From an uncultured Gemmataceae bacterium (GTDB lineage: Bacteria > Planctomycetota > Planctomycetia > Gemmatales > Gemmataceae), in the NCBI GenBank assembly GCA_963750165.1, contig CAVVPN010000011.1, forward strand, positions 1,184,001-1,248,000: DNA of 64,000 nt, in the 5' to 3' direction. This document shows positions 40,497-52,200 of the stretch, piece by piece. Numbering within the stretch: the stretch's first letter is position 1; each line of letters starts with the position of its first letter. Below the pieces are notes generated by a model. It worked only from the letters and a program-made list of their open reading frames with translations. It did not search any database and had not been told where the DNA came from. The translations under genes and the position numbers were made by a program.

Positions 40497-42599
40497 ATGC
40501 GCTATTGCCCCATCCTCCTGCTCGTGCTGCTCGCCGGCCCCGCCCGGACGCAGGAAAAACTCGACGTGCTGCCGGCCGACCCGGCGCCGCGCAAGCTCCT
40601 CTACCGTTATCTCCAGGCCGAGGCCCAGAAGCACCTGGACGCCCGCCGCGCTGAAGTCGCCGCGCTGAAGACGCCCGCGGAGGTCAAGCAGCGGCAGGAG
40701 CGGTTGAAGGCGAAATTCCTGGAGGCGCTCGGCGACTTCCCCGCGAAGACACCGCTCAACGCGAAGGTGATCGGCGTCGAGAAACGCGACGGCTACCGCG
40801 TCGAGCGCATCATCTACGAGAGCCGGCCACAGCACCACGTCACCGCGACGCTGTACCTGCCGGAAGGCAAGGGGCCGTTCCCTGCCGTGCTGATGCCGAT
40901 GGGCCACGACGCCAACGGCAAGGCCGCCGCCAGCGCCCAGCGCGGCTGCATCCTGCTGGCCAAAAACGGCATCGCGGCCATGCCCTACGACCCCATCGGC
41001 CAGGGCGAACGCCGGCAGCTGCTCGACGCCACCGGCAAGCCCGCCATCCCGAGCAGCACCAGCGAGCACACCATGGTCGGCGTCGGCGCCCTGCTCATCG
41101 GCCGCAACACCGCCAGCTATCGTGTCTGGGACGGCATCCGCAGCCTGGACTACCTGGCCAGCCGGCCGGAGATCGACGCGAAGCGTCTCGGCTGCACCGG
41201 CTGCTCCGGCGGCGGCACGCTCACGTCGTACCTGATGGCCCTGGACGAGCGCATCGTTGCCGCGGCGCCGTCGTGCTACATCACCTCGCTGGAGCGGCTG
41301 TTCGCCACCCTCGGGCCGCAGGACGCGGAGCAGAACATCACCGGCCAGGTCGCGTTCGGCATGGACCACGCCGACTACCTGACGATGCGAGCGCCGCGGC
41401 CGACGCTGATCTGCGCCGCGAGCCGCGACTTCTTCGACATTCAGGGCACCTGGGCGTCGTTCCGCGAAGCGTCGCTGCTGTACGGCATGTTGGGGCACAG
41501 CGAGCGCATGGCCCTGGCGGAGTTCAACACGACGCACGGCTATCCCAAACCGCAGCGCGAGGCAATGGCCCGCTGGATGCTCCGCTGGCTGCTGCACAGG
41601 GACGATGCGGTTACCGAGGGCGACATCGCCATCGTCAGGGATCGCGAGCTGCAATGCACGCGCAGCGGCCAGGTGCTGGAGGATTTCCAGGGCAGATCGG
41701 TCTTCCACCTCAACGCGGAGCGCGAAAAGCAGCTGGCAGGCCAGCGCGAGCAGCTGTGGGGCAAGCGGTCGCCGGACGAACTGCGCAAGGCGGTGCGTGA
41801 CTTGATCGCGCTGCCGGCGAAGATCAAGCCGGCCGAAGTGAAAGTCAGGGGCGTTGTCGCAGACCGTGACGGCTACACCATTCGCGAGGTCATTTTCGAG
41901 ACGGAACCAGGCATCCAGGTGCCCGCCCTTTATTTTGAGGCGCCGGGCGGTGAGAAACATCAGATGGTGCTGTACGTCAACGGCCAGGGCAAGACGGCCG
42001 ACGCTGCCCCGGGCGGACCAATCGAGAAACTGGTCAAGGCCAAGCAGCGTGTGCTGGCCCTGGACCTGCGCGGCTTCGGCGAGACGGCGCCGGGCAAGCC
42101 GCCCGCCAAGGGCGCCAACTACTTCGGCACCGACTTCAAGGAGGCGTTCCTGGCGCTGCACCTGAACCGTCCGCTGCTGGGCCAGCGCGTCCTTGATCTG
42201 TTGGCGGTGGTCGGAACCGTGACCGACAAGGACGAAAAGAACCGACCCCTCGTCATCGGCGTCGGCACCGCCGGCCCAGTGGTCCTGCACGCCGCGGCCC
42301 TCGACCCGCGCATCAAGCGGGTAACGCTCGTCAATTCGCTGCTGTCCTGGTCGTCGGTGGTGCGCACGCCGATCAGTCACAACCAACTGTCCAACGTGGT
42401 GCCCGGGGCGCTCAAGGTCTACGATCTGCCCGACCTGGCGGCGCTGGTGGCGCCGCGGCCGCTGACGGTGCGGGCGGCGACGGACCCGCGCAACCAGCCC
42501 GTCGGCCAGGCCGAGGTGACCCGAGCGTTCGAGCGCGGCCGGGCGGCGTACCGAGCCCTGAAGGCCGAGAAAGCGCTGGTGCTGCAAGGAAATCCCTGA
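40497..42599 (+). CDS. Secreted tandem alpha/beta-hydrolase (acetylxylan esterase-like)
   Basis: Signal peptide; PAVLMPMGH, YDPIGQGER, GCSGGG nucleophile, MRAPRP, HGY; second degenerate hydrolase half. Confidence 0.85.
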   Translation: MRYCPILLLVLLAGPARTQEKLDVLPADPAPRKLLYRYLQAEAQKHLDARRAEVAALKTPAEVKQRQERLKAKFLEALGDFPAKTPLNAKVIGVEKRDGYRVERIIYESRPQHHVTATLYLPEGKGPFPAVLMPMGHDANGKAAASAQRGCILLAKNGIAAMPYDPIGQGERRQLLDATGKPAIPSSTSEHTMVGVGALLIGRNTASYRVWDGIRSLDYLASRPEIDAKRLGCTGCSGGGTLTSYLMALDERIVAAAPSCYITSLERLFATLGPQDAEQNITGQVAFGMDHADYLTMRAPRPTLICAASRDFFDIQGTWASFREASLLYGMLGHSERMALAEFNTTHGYPKPQREAMARWMLRWLLHRDDAVTEGDIAIVRDRELQCTRSGQVLEDFQGRSVFHLNAEREKQLAGQREQLWGKRSPDELRKAVRDLIALPAKIKPAEVKVRGVVADRDGYTIREVIFETEPGIQVPALYFEAPGGEKHQMVLYVNGQGKTADAAPGGPIEKLVKAKQRVLALDLRGFGETAPGKPPAKGANYFGTDFKEAFLALHLNRPLLGQRVLDLLAVVGTVTDKDEKNRPLVIGVGTAGPVVLHAAALDPRIKRVTLVNSLLSWSSVVRTPISHNQLSNVVPGALKVYDLPDLAALVAPRPLTVRAATDPRNQPVGQAEVTRAFERGRAAYRALKAEKALVLQGNP

Positions 42600-42895
42600 C
42601 TGACAACCAGCGCGTGCTGCCGCTTGCGGCGTCGCGCGCTCCCGCCCAACAACCGGCTGCCACAATCGTTAGTGAGAGCAAGCGACGTATTCCCGCACCG
42701 GCCGCCCCCCGGTTTCCTCAAAAGGCGCAAGACAGGATGAATACTCCTTCACACTGAAACCGAGATAACCCAGGGTGGTACTACTGGATGAGGCCAGAAC
42801 GCCCAGGTACAGTCGGAACCCGGAAGCAGGTCCGGCCGAGGCGCTTCTCGGAGCGCACTTTTCGCAGTCCCTGCGTTTATCGAGCCGATAACCGA

Positions 42896-42923
42896 TTGAC
42901 AAGGATTAATTCTTACTCATAAT
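42896..42923 (+). promoter_or_regulatory. sigma70-like promoter upstream of the second giant gene
   Basis: TTGACA (42896-42901), 16-nt spacer, CATAAT in an AT-rich patch; another TATAAT at 42948. Confidence 0.45.
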
Positions 42924-43256
42924 AAAAACTTACAATCTGGCCGCCGGTTATAATTGGTGGAAATTAACGGAACGGCGCGGGGGACGGAACAACCCCCAGC
43001 GCATTCACACAGAGAAGGCCCCCCCAGAAACAGGCCAATCCTGGATCTCACGAACAGGCGCCGCGGCCACACGCCGCCAACGCCACTGACCATTATCCAC
43101 GGCCGCCTCAGTACGAATGTCTGAGGCACCGAGTCCTGCCCTGGTTCGGGGCAGGTTACCCGCCCTGGCGTCGTACTCCCCGGCTCTCCCTCGGCCCCCC
43201 CGTGCGCGCGGGTCCTGGTGAACAACACCCTGGCTGTCCAACTTGCAAGGATTCCA

Positions 43257-46200
43257 ATGAAGTTCTCTTCCTTCTTCCGCTTCTTCGGTGAACGGCGGCC
43301 CCGCCTCCGGGCCAAGGGACAACAGCGGCGCTACTGCCTGGAAATGGAAACCCTGGAGGCCCGGATCACGCCGGTCGTACCCTCCGTCGTCAGCGTCACC
43401 CCCCTGGACGGCAGCGTCTCGCTGTCCGCTCTGCCGACGCTGCAGGTGATCTTCAACGAGGACGTCCGCGACAGCAGCGGCGGCCTGCTCCAGGCCAGCG
43501 ACTTCAGCCTGTTCGGCTCCAGCGGCAACTCGATCCCCGTCAACAGCGTCAACTACGCGCTCAACGCCAGCAACCAGGGGGTGGCCACCCTCACCTACAA
43601 CGGCGGCGCCAACCTGGTGGTGGACACCTACACCCTGTTCGTCCGCGCCGACCATGTCGTGGACAACACCGGCAGCGGCCTGCACATGGGCCAGCCCGGC
43701 CAGCTGGCCGTCGTCAGTAATGGGCAGAACAACGTCTCGCTCATCGGTATGCCCGGGACGGGCACCCTCGGCACCCTGGCCGACTACCCCATGCCGGCCA
43801 ACGCCGGCGTCCAGGCTACCCCCAGCGCCGTCTTGCTCGCCAACCTCACCGGCGCCGTGGATGCCAACAACAATCCCATTCCCGACCTGGTCGTCATCGA
43901 CTCCACCACCGACTCCGTCAACGTCTTCCAGGGCCGCGTCGGCGGCGGCTTCGACCTCACGCCCGACGTGGTCCTCGACCTGCCGACCGGCGCCGGCGCC
44001 AAGGCCGTGGCGGCCGGCGACCTCAACAACGACGGCGCTCCCGACCTCATCGTTGCCAACACCGCCCTGAGCAGTGTCAGCGTCTTCCTCAACACGCGCA
44101 CCTCCACCGGACAGCTGGCCTTCGGCTCGGCCACCACCACCGCCCTGCCGGCCGCCGGCGAACTGCCCATCGGCCTGGCCATCGGCGATTTCAACACCGA
44201 CGGCAACCAGGACGTGGCCGTCCTCAACAGCGCCGCCCCCGCCGACGTGGACATGCCGGCGGACATGGTCGATGACTACACCATCGACATCCTGCCGGGC
44301 ACCGGCACCGGCACCTTCGGCGCCACCGTGCCCGTCAAGATCGGCGATGTCACCCCCACCGGCCTGACCGCGCCCACCGGCATCGCCGTCGGCCTGTTCA
44401 ACGCCGACACCAAGCCCGACCTGGCCGTCTCCGGCACCCAGGGCCTGCTCGTGCTGACCAATACCAGCACCAACAACATCACCTTCAACCAGAATCTGAT
44501 CCCGACCACGACCGCGCTCACCGCGGTTGCCGCCGGCCAGGTCCACATCCCCCAGGGCGCCAACAACCGTAATGACATCGTCGCCACCACCGCCGGCGGC
44601 GGCGGCCAGGTGCTCGTCTTCGTCAACGACAACACCGGCAACTTCACCATCGTCGGCGGCCTGCCCATCAGCTCCGGGGCCGTCACGCCCACCGCCGTCG
44701 CCATCACCGACCTGGACAACAACGGCTACGCGGACATCGTCACCAACGACACCACCACCAGCGCGGTCAACGTCATCAACAACTTCGCCGCCGGCCTCAT
44801 CAGCAACGCCACCAACGCCGGCCCCATCGTCATCACCAGCAACAACAACGGCCTGCAAACCGGCGCGCAAATCACCATCACCGGCGTGCAGGGCAACACC
44901 GCCGCCAACGGCAACTGGACCGTCACCCGCATCAACGCCAACCAGTTCTCGCTCAACGGTTCGGCCGGCAACGGCATGTTCATGCCCGGCGGCGCCCTGT
45001 GGTACGTCACCAGCGTGGCCAACGGCAGCGGCAATGTCATGGGCACCACCGGCAACGCCGTCTCGCCCATCGTCATCACCAGCGACGTGCCCACCGGCCT
45101 GGTCACCGGCCAGCAGGTCACGGTCGCCAACGTCGGCGGCAACATGGCGGCCAACGGCACCTGGACGGTCACCGTCATCGACGCCACCCACTTCTCGCTC
45201 AACGGCTCGACGGGCAACGGCACCTGGACGATGGGCACCGGTAGCTGGTCGCGGCTGCCGTACCGCACCGACGCCGGCCCCGTCAGCCTGGCCGTAGGCG
45301 ACACCAACCAGGACGGCGACGTGGATGTGGTCACAGCCAACAGCACCGGCCGCGATGTTTCGGTGTTCTCCGGCCTGGGCAACGGCGCCCTCGGCGTGGC
45401 CGCCAACTACAGCCTGGCCAACAACAGCCAGCCCGACGCCGTCGCCAGCGGCGACCTGAACAAGGACGGCATCCCCGATTTGGTCGTCGCCAATTACAAC
45501 CTTAACACCGTTACCGTCTTCCTCGGCCTGTCCGGCGGCGGCTATGCCCCGGGCGTCACCTACAGCACCGTCGTCAACGGCAAGGGCCGCAACCCCAACA
45601 GCGTCACCCTGGCCGACCTGACCGGCACTGGCAAGCTCGACATCCTCACCACCAGCGGCACCGACAGCGTTGTGACCATTCTGCCCGGCATGGGCAACGG
45701 CACCTTCGGCCCGGGGAGCACCGTGGCGGTCGGCACCAACCCGGACGCCCTGGCCGTGGGCGACTTCAACAACGACGGCAAACTCGACCTGGCCGTGGCC
45801 CACCTCGGCGGCGGTGGCGGCGGCTTCGGGCACGGCGGCGGCGGCGGCGGCAACAGCGGCGTCACCGTGCTGATCGGCAACGGCGACCGCACCTTCAAGA
45901 AAGGCGTCGAATACGAGGCCCCGACGGGCGGCGGCTTTGGCGGCGGCGGCGGCACCAGCATCGCCCCCACCGCCATCGCCGTCGGCGATTTCAACAAGGA
46001 CGGCAACCTGGACATCGTGATCGCCGACAGCAACAGCCATCAGGTGATCCTGCGCCAGGGCGACGGCACCGGCAACTTCCCGGCCACCGGCCGTTTCGTC
46101 TTCCCCGTCGGCGTCAACCCCGACGGCCTGATCGTTGCCGACCTCAACCGCGACGGCTTCCCCGATGTCATCACCATCAGTTCGTCCAGCACCACCGCCG

Positions 46201-49200
46201 ACAGCATCTCCGTGCTGCTCAACTCCCAGGGCAGCGGCTTCAGCCCCTACATCTCCACCACCCTGGGCGTCGGCGCCGCCCTGCAGAGCGTGACCGTGGC
46301 CAACGTCAACCAGGACGCCTACCCCGACCTGGTCGTGACCGTCAAGGGCGTGGCCATCGCGCCGGTCGGCGGCGGCTTCGGCGGCGGCGGTGGCGGGCCG
46401 GCCGTCACCAACGCCAGCCCCATCGTTATCTCCAGCGCCAACCACGGTCTGGCCACCGGCCAGGTGGTCACCATCACCGGCGTGCTGGGCAACACGGCGG
46501 CCAACGGCACCTGGACCATCACCGTCGTCGATCAGAACCACTTCTCGCTCAACGGCTCGACCGGCAACGGCGCCTACACCAGCGGCGGCAGCTGGACGCC
46601 GACCGCCGCCGCCGCCTTCGACAACGTCTTCACCCTGCTGAACAACGGCGACGGCTCGTTCCAGGCGGCGACGCCCTACCTGGCCGCCAAAACGGGCAAC
46701 CCGACGCCCGGCGCCAGCTACGTCGCCGTCGTCTCCGACCCCTGGCAGCGCGTGGTCACGTTCACCAGCGGCGGCACCACCGTCAACGCCAACCTGGTGT
46801 CCAACGGCGGTTTCGAGGTCCGCGACCTGACCGGCGCAGGGCAACCTGGTCGGCTGGACCTCCTACAACCTGCCCGACACGCCCGGCAGCCGCGGCAGCT
46901 GGGCCGCCCAGACCGGCACCACCAGCCCAATCAGCTCCGCCGCCGTGCCGCTGCCGCCGCAGGGCAACTACTCCGCCATGCTCGACGAGGCCGACGTGCA
47001 GCCCATCCCGCCAGCAATGGGCATGGGCGGCATGGGCGGCGGTGGCACCCCGGTCAACCCCAACGCCGCCACCACCTACGAGGGCAGCCACGCGCTCTAC
47101 CAGGACTTCACCATCCCCACCAACGTCACCAAGCTGACGGTGTCGTTCAACCTGTACATCGACAACACCAACGCTGGCGTCACCGGCTACAGCGACACCC
47201 AGGGCGGCACCCAGGCCCTGGACTTCCGCACCGCCAGCGCCGACCAGCAGGTGCGCGTGGACCTGGTGAATCCCAACGCCCCCATCCTGGCGGTCAACGC
47301 CGACGCCGGCAGCGGCAACCCGGGCGTCTACCAGAACCTCTTCATCACCCAACCCGGCGAGTCGGCCACGCAGTCGATCTCCATGACCATCGACCTGTCC
47401 TCGAACCTCGCCTACTGGGCCGGCAAGACCGTCCGCATCCGTATCGCCGAGACCAACAACAGCGGCAAGCTGATCCTCGGCGTGGACAACGTCAAGGTGC
47501 AGGCCATCTACACCGACAACCAGGGGCCGAGCATCAGCAACCTGCGGCTGCGCAACCCCAGTTACCTGATTACGCCCACCACCAACGAGGAGACCACCGA
47601 CCCGACGATCGTCGGCACCGTCAGCGACAGCGGCGGCGTCAACAACGTCTCCTACGTCGAGTTTGACCTGAACAACAACGGCTTCGTCGGGGCGGGCGAC
47701 TTCAAGGTGACCAACATCGACGCGGCCGGCAACTTCACCTTCACGCCGCAGACCCCGCTGCTGCCCGGCGTGCATACCGTGGCGGTCCGCGCCGTCAACA
47801 AGGCCAACCAGCAGACGGTATCGTCGATCACCTTCACCGTGCAGGGCGCCAGCCTGACGACCTGGGAGGCGGTCGGCCCCGGCCCGATCGACGTGTCCAG
47901 CGCCGGCCTGAAGTACACGCAGGTGTCCGGCGACATCACCTCGGTGGTCACCGACCCGCGCGACCCGACTGGCAACACCATTTATGTCGGCTCGGACAAC
48001 GGCGGCATCTGGAAGTCCACCGACGGCGGCGCCGACTGGGTGGCTCTGACCGACCACGTGACCGACGCCAGCGGCAACGTGGTGCCGGAGTCCATCGGCG
48101 GCCTGGCCTTGAGCGTCCATGTGCCGCCCAATCCGGTCACGGGCCTGGCGCCGCCGGATGTCATCTACGCCGCCACCGGCGTGGCCAGCAACAACATCAC
48201 CTCCCGGCCGGGCATCGGCGTGCTCAAGTCCACCGACGACGGCCGCACCTGGACGGTCGTCGGCGAAAGCGTGCTCAACGGCGCCCGCGTCAGCGCCATC
48301 GCCGCCGACCCGGACAACGGCAACTATGTCTGGGTGGCGGTCACGTCGTTCAGCAACGGCCTGGGGGTGCCGGGCGTCTACCGCTCCACCGACGGCGGCA
48401 TCACCTGGACGAACACGCTCATCACGGCGAACATGACGCTGGCCGCCGGCGGCCACCCCGCCAGCGTCGCCTCGGTCACGTCGCTGATCATCAACCCCTT
48501 CGACCCGAGCCTGGTCTACATCGGTCTGGGCAACATCGGTCAGGTGGCAGCCAGTGCCTCAGCTGGTGTCTGGCGGTCCAACGCCGACTACGGTGCCACC
48601 TGGACGCAGGTGGTCGGTGGCGACAATGCCGCCATCCCCAACAACACCGTGCCGTCGGGCATGGGCGTCGGCCGCGTCACCCTGGCCGAGGGCTCGGGCC
48701 GCGTCGGCGACGAGGGCACGTTCTACGTGATGGTCGCCAATCCGCCGCCGGCCGCCTCGCCCGCCGGCGACTTCGACGAGGGCACCTTCATGGGGTTGTA
48801 CAAGAGCAAGGACGGCATGCTCAACTTCACCAAGGTCATGCTCGAGCAGGACATCGCGCCGCCGCCGCCGCCCATGACCTCTCTGCACGACTTCGTGCCC
48901 ATCAGCCTGCTGGGCCGCGACGCCAGCGATGTCGGCGCCATGGTGGTGGACCCGACCGACCCGAACGTGGTCTACATTGGCGGCTCGACCTCCTGGTTGC
49001 AATCGACCGACAACGCCAGGCTCTATCACAGCCTGATCCGCGTCGATACCGGCAACATGCGCGACACCACCTACGTGGACCCGTCCACCCACATGATCCC
49101 CAACGACGGCGACGACATCACCAAGGCGGCCAAGGCTGAACAGCAGGCCGGCTACTACGACCCGTTGCTCATGACGGACATGTACACCGGCGAAGGCGTC

Positions 49201-52200
49201 TACTGGTACGACATCACGGAGGGCACCTCGAACAAGAACGGCCCCAACCAGTACCTGCCCGACGAGATCAACGCCCTGACGATTGATACCCAGGGCCGGC
49301 TGCTGATCGGCACGACCGACGGCATCTGGCGCGGCGAGGCGCTGGGCTTCAGCTACGACTTCAGCAGCGGCGGCACCGGCATCGTCGGCGGCGGCCGCGG
49401 CTTCAACCCGCCCGGTATGAAGCTGACCTCACTCAACAGCAACCTGCAGATCACCGATGTCACCTCCGTGGCCATCGACCCGACCAACCCGAACGTGTAC
49501 TACACCTCGGAGGCCTACAGCGGCACGGCGCTGACCACCGGCGGCGGCCCGCTCTCCTGGCAGACGATGGGCCTGACCGGGCCGACCAACCCCTCGGGTA
49601 TGAACCTTGGCGTGCCCAACGCTGGCGTCGTCGCCGTCAGCGCCCCGAGCCCGACGGCGGCGGCCGGGAGCAACGGCACGCTGTTCCGGCTCTGGCAATA
49701 CTACCAGGACCCGACCAACAACACGCTCACCTCGCTGGAGCCGGAGTCCTCCAACGACGGCGGCACGACCTTCAGCGCCGTGGCCGCCTCCGGCATCAGC
49801 ATCAACAACAGCGCCGGCCTGTTCCCGGTGCTGGTCGTCAACCCGAACAAGATTTACTCCGGTGGCCAGTACCAGGACCAGCTGCTGTTCGGCACGCAGC
49901 AGGTGTACGAGACCAACACCACCGCCAACCTGTGGACGGCCATCAGCCCCGTCCTGGACGCAACCGCGGACATCAGCGCCCTGGCGGTGGCGCCGTCGGA
50001 CTCCAGCACGATCTACGCCGGGCTGAGCAACGGCAAGGTCTTTGTCAAGAACGCCACGCTGAACTGGGTCAACGAGTCCGCCGGCCTGCCCACGGAGCCA
50101 ATCGACGGCATCACCGTGGACCCGAACAGCCCGAACACCGTCTACGTCCTGCTGGGCGGCAACACCATCGGCGTGCCGCACCTGTGGAAGACGACCAACG
50201 GCGGCTCCACCTGGGCGGGGGTGGCCGGCAGCGGCTCCGGCGTGCTGCCGGACGTGAGCTTCTACAGCATGGTGATCGACGCCCGCCCGGCCACGGGAGC
50301 GCCCAACGGTCTGTTCTACCTGGCCACCGGCGTCGGCGTGTTCGTCTCCAAGGACCAGGGCGTCACCTGGAAGCCGCTCGGCGAGGGCCTGCCAAGCGGC
50401 CCGGTGGTGAGCCTGCAGTTCAACCCGACACTCGAGGTGCTCGCGGCCGCCATTCAGGGCCGCGGCGTCTTCACCCTCTCGACGCAGCACAGTGGCCCGG
50501 CGGTCACCGCGGTCACGCCGACGACGCCGACCGCCGACCCGCTGACCACCACGTCGGTCACCTTCGACGAGGCGACTGACCCGCGTACCTTCTCGCTCAG
50601 CGCCAACAGCAGCGCCCGCTACACCGCCGCCAGTTTCCTGGACCACACCCAGGAGTACCTGAACAACCGGGTGACGACGTACTTCCAGGAATACCTGGGC
50701 CGCAATCCCTCGAGCAGCGATATGCCCTGGGCCACGGCGATGCTGGCCCAGTCGGACTCCCAGTTGGTGGCGACGCTGATCGGCTCGCAGGAGTTCTTCC
50801 AGAAATCGGCGGCCACGCCGACCAACGCCACCTGGGTCGCGGCGGTGTACCAGGACCTGTTCTTCCGCACCGCGACGGGCGACGCCGGCGCCACCGCCCT
50901 CATCAACGCCCTGAACGCCAACGCCTTCACCCGCGCCCAGGCGGCGGCCACGCTGGTCACGGTCCCGGAGTACCAGGCCGACCTGATCGCCGGCCTGTTC
51001 AACCAGATTCTGGACCGCAACAAGCCGATCCCGGCCAACATGAACGACCCGGACATCGTCACCTGGCTGAAGCTGTTTAACCCGGGCGCCGGGCAGACAC
51101 CCCTGGGCGTGCAGAACCTGATCGCGTCCTTGCTGTCCTCGCAGGAGTATTATCTCAAGTTCGGCGGCGCGATGACGTTGCCCGCGAGTTCCACGCCGGT
51201 GGACACGACCCTGAGCGACCTGAGCGGCGCCACGGACCAGTACGGCAACGCCATCCCGGACCTGATCGTAATCAACACCGGCAGCAACACGGTGGACATC
51301 TACCAGGGCCGTGTCGGCGGCGGTTACAACCTCACGCCGACCCTGGTGCTGGCGCTGCCCGCCAACGCCAATCCGAGCGGCATCGCCGTCGGCGACTTTA
51401 ACGGCGACGGCAAGCTGGACCTGGCTGTGGTCAACTCCGGCACCAACAACGTCTCGATCTTCCTGAACACCTCCACGAACAACAAGGTGAGCTTCGGCAG
51501 CCGCACGGATGTCGCCGTGGGCGCCAACACTGCCCCGGTGGCCATCGTCGCCGGCAAGTTCGCCGGCACCACCCACACGGACCTGGCGGTGCTCAGCGGC
51601 GCGGCGGTGGGCGGTAAATACACGTTGCAGTTCCTGCTCGGCGCGGGCACCGGCGCCTTCACGTTGTCGCCGACCACGGTGGATACCGGCTTCGCCATCG
51701 CGCCCACGGCCCAGAAGCCGAACGGCCTGGCGGTGGGCGACCTGAACAACGACGGCCGGCCCGACTTCGTGATCTCGGCCAGCGACAACGACACGCTGGC
51801 GCCGACCGGCGGCGTTCACATGCTGCTGTCCAGGAACACTCCGCTGAGCTTCGGCCTGGTCACGGTGGGCACGACCGCCGCCACCTCGGTGGCCGTCGGC
51901 AAGGTCGATACCGACAACCTGCCCGACATCGTGGCCACAGCCGGCGGCAACGTGGTGGTCTACCAGAACCTGGCGACCGCCCCGGGCACCTTCAGCGCCG
52001 GCACCATCTTCAGCGTCGGCCAGGACCCGAGCGACGTGACCCTGGCCGATGTCAATGGCGACGGCCTCAACGACATCCTCGTGGTCAACAGCACGTCCGG
52101 CGGCGGCCTGACTGTGCTGCGGAACACGACGCAGACGGCCGCCTCCGGCCCGGACACGCTGACGTTCCTCGATCCGGTGAGCTACCCCGAGGCCGGTAAC

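Noticed and set aside
42600..43250. Possible ncRNA or riboswitch in the long intergenic region
   Set aside because: No recognisable conserved structure by eye; an Rfam/Infernal scan would be needed
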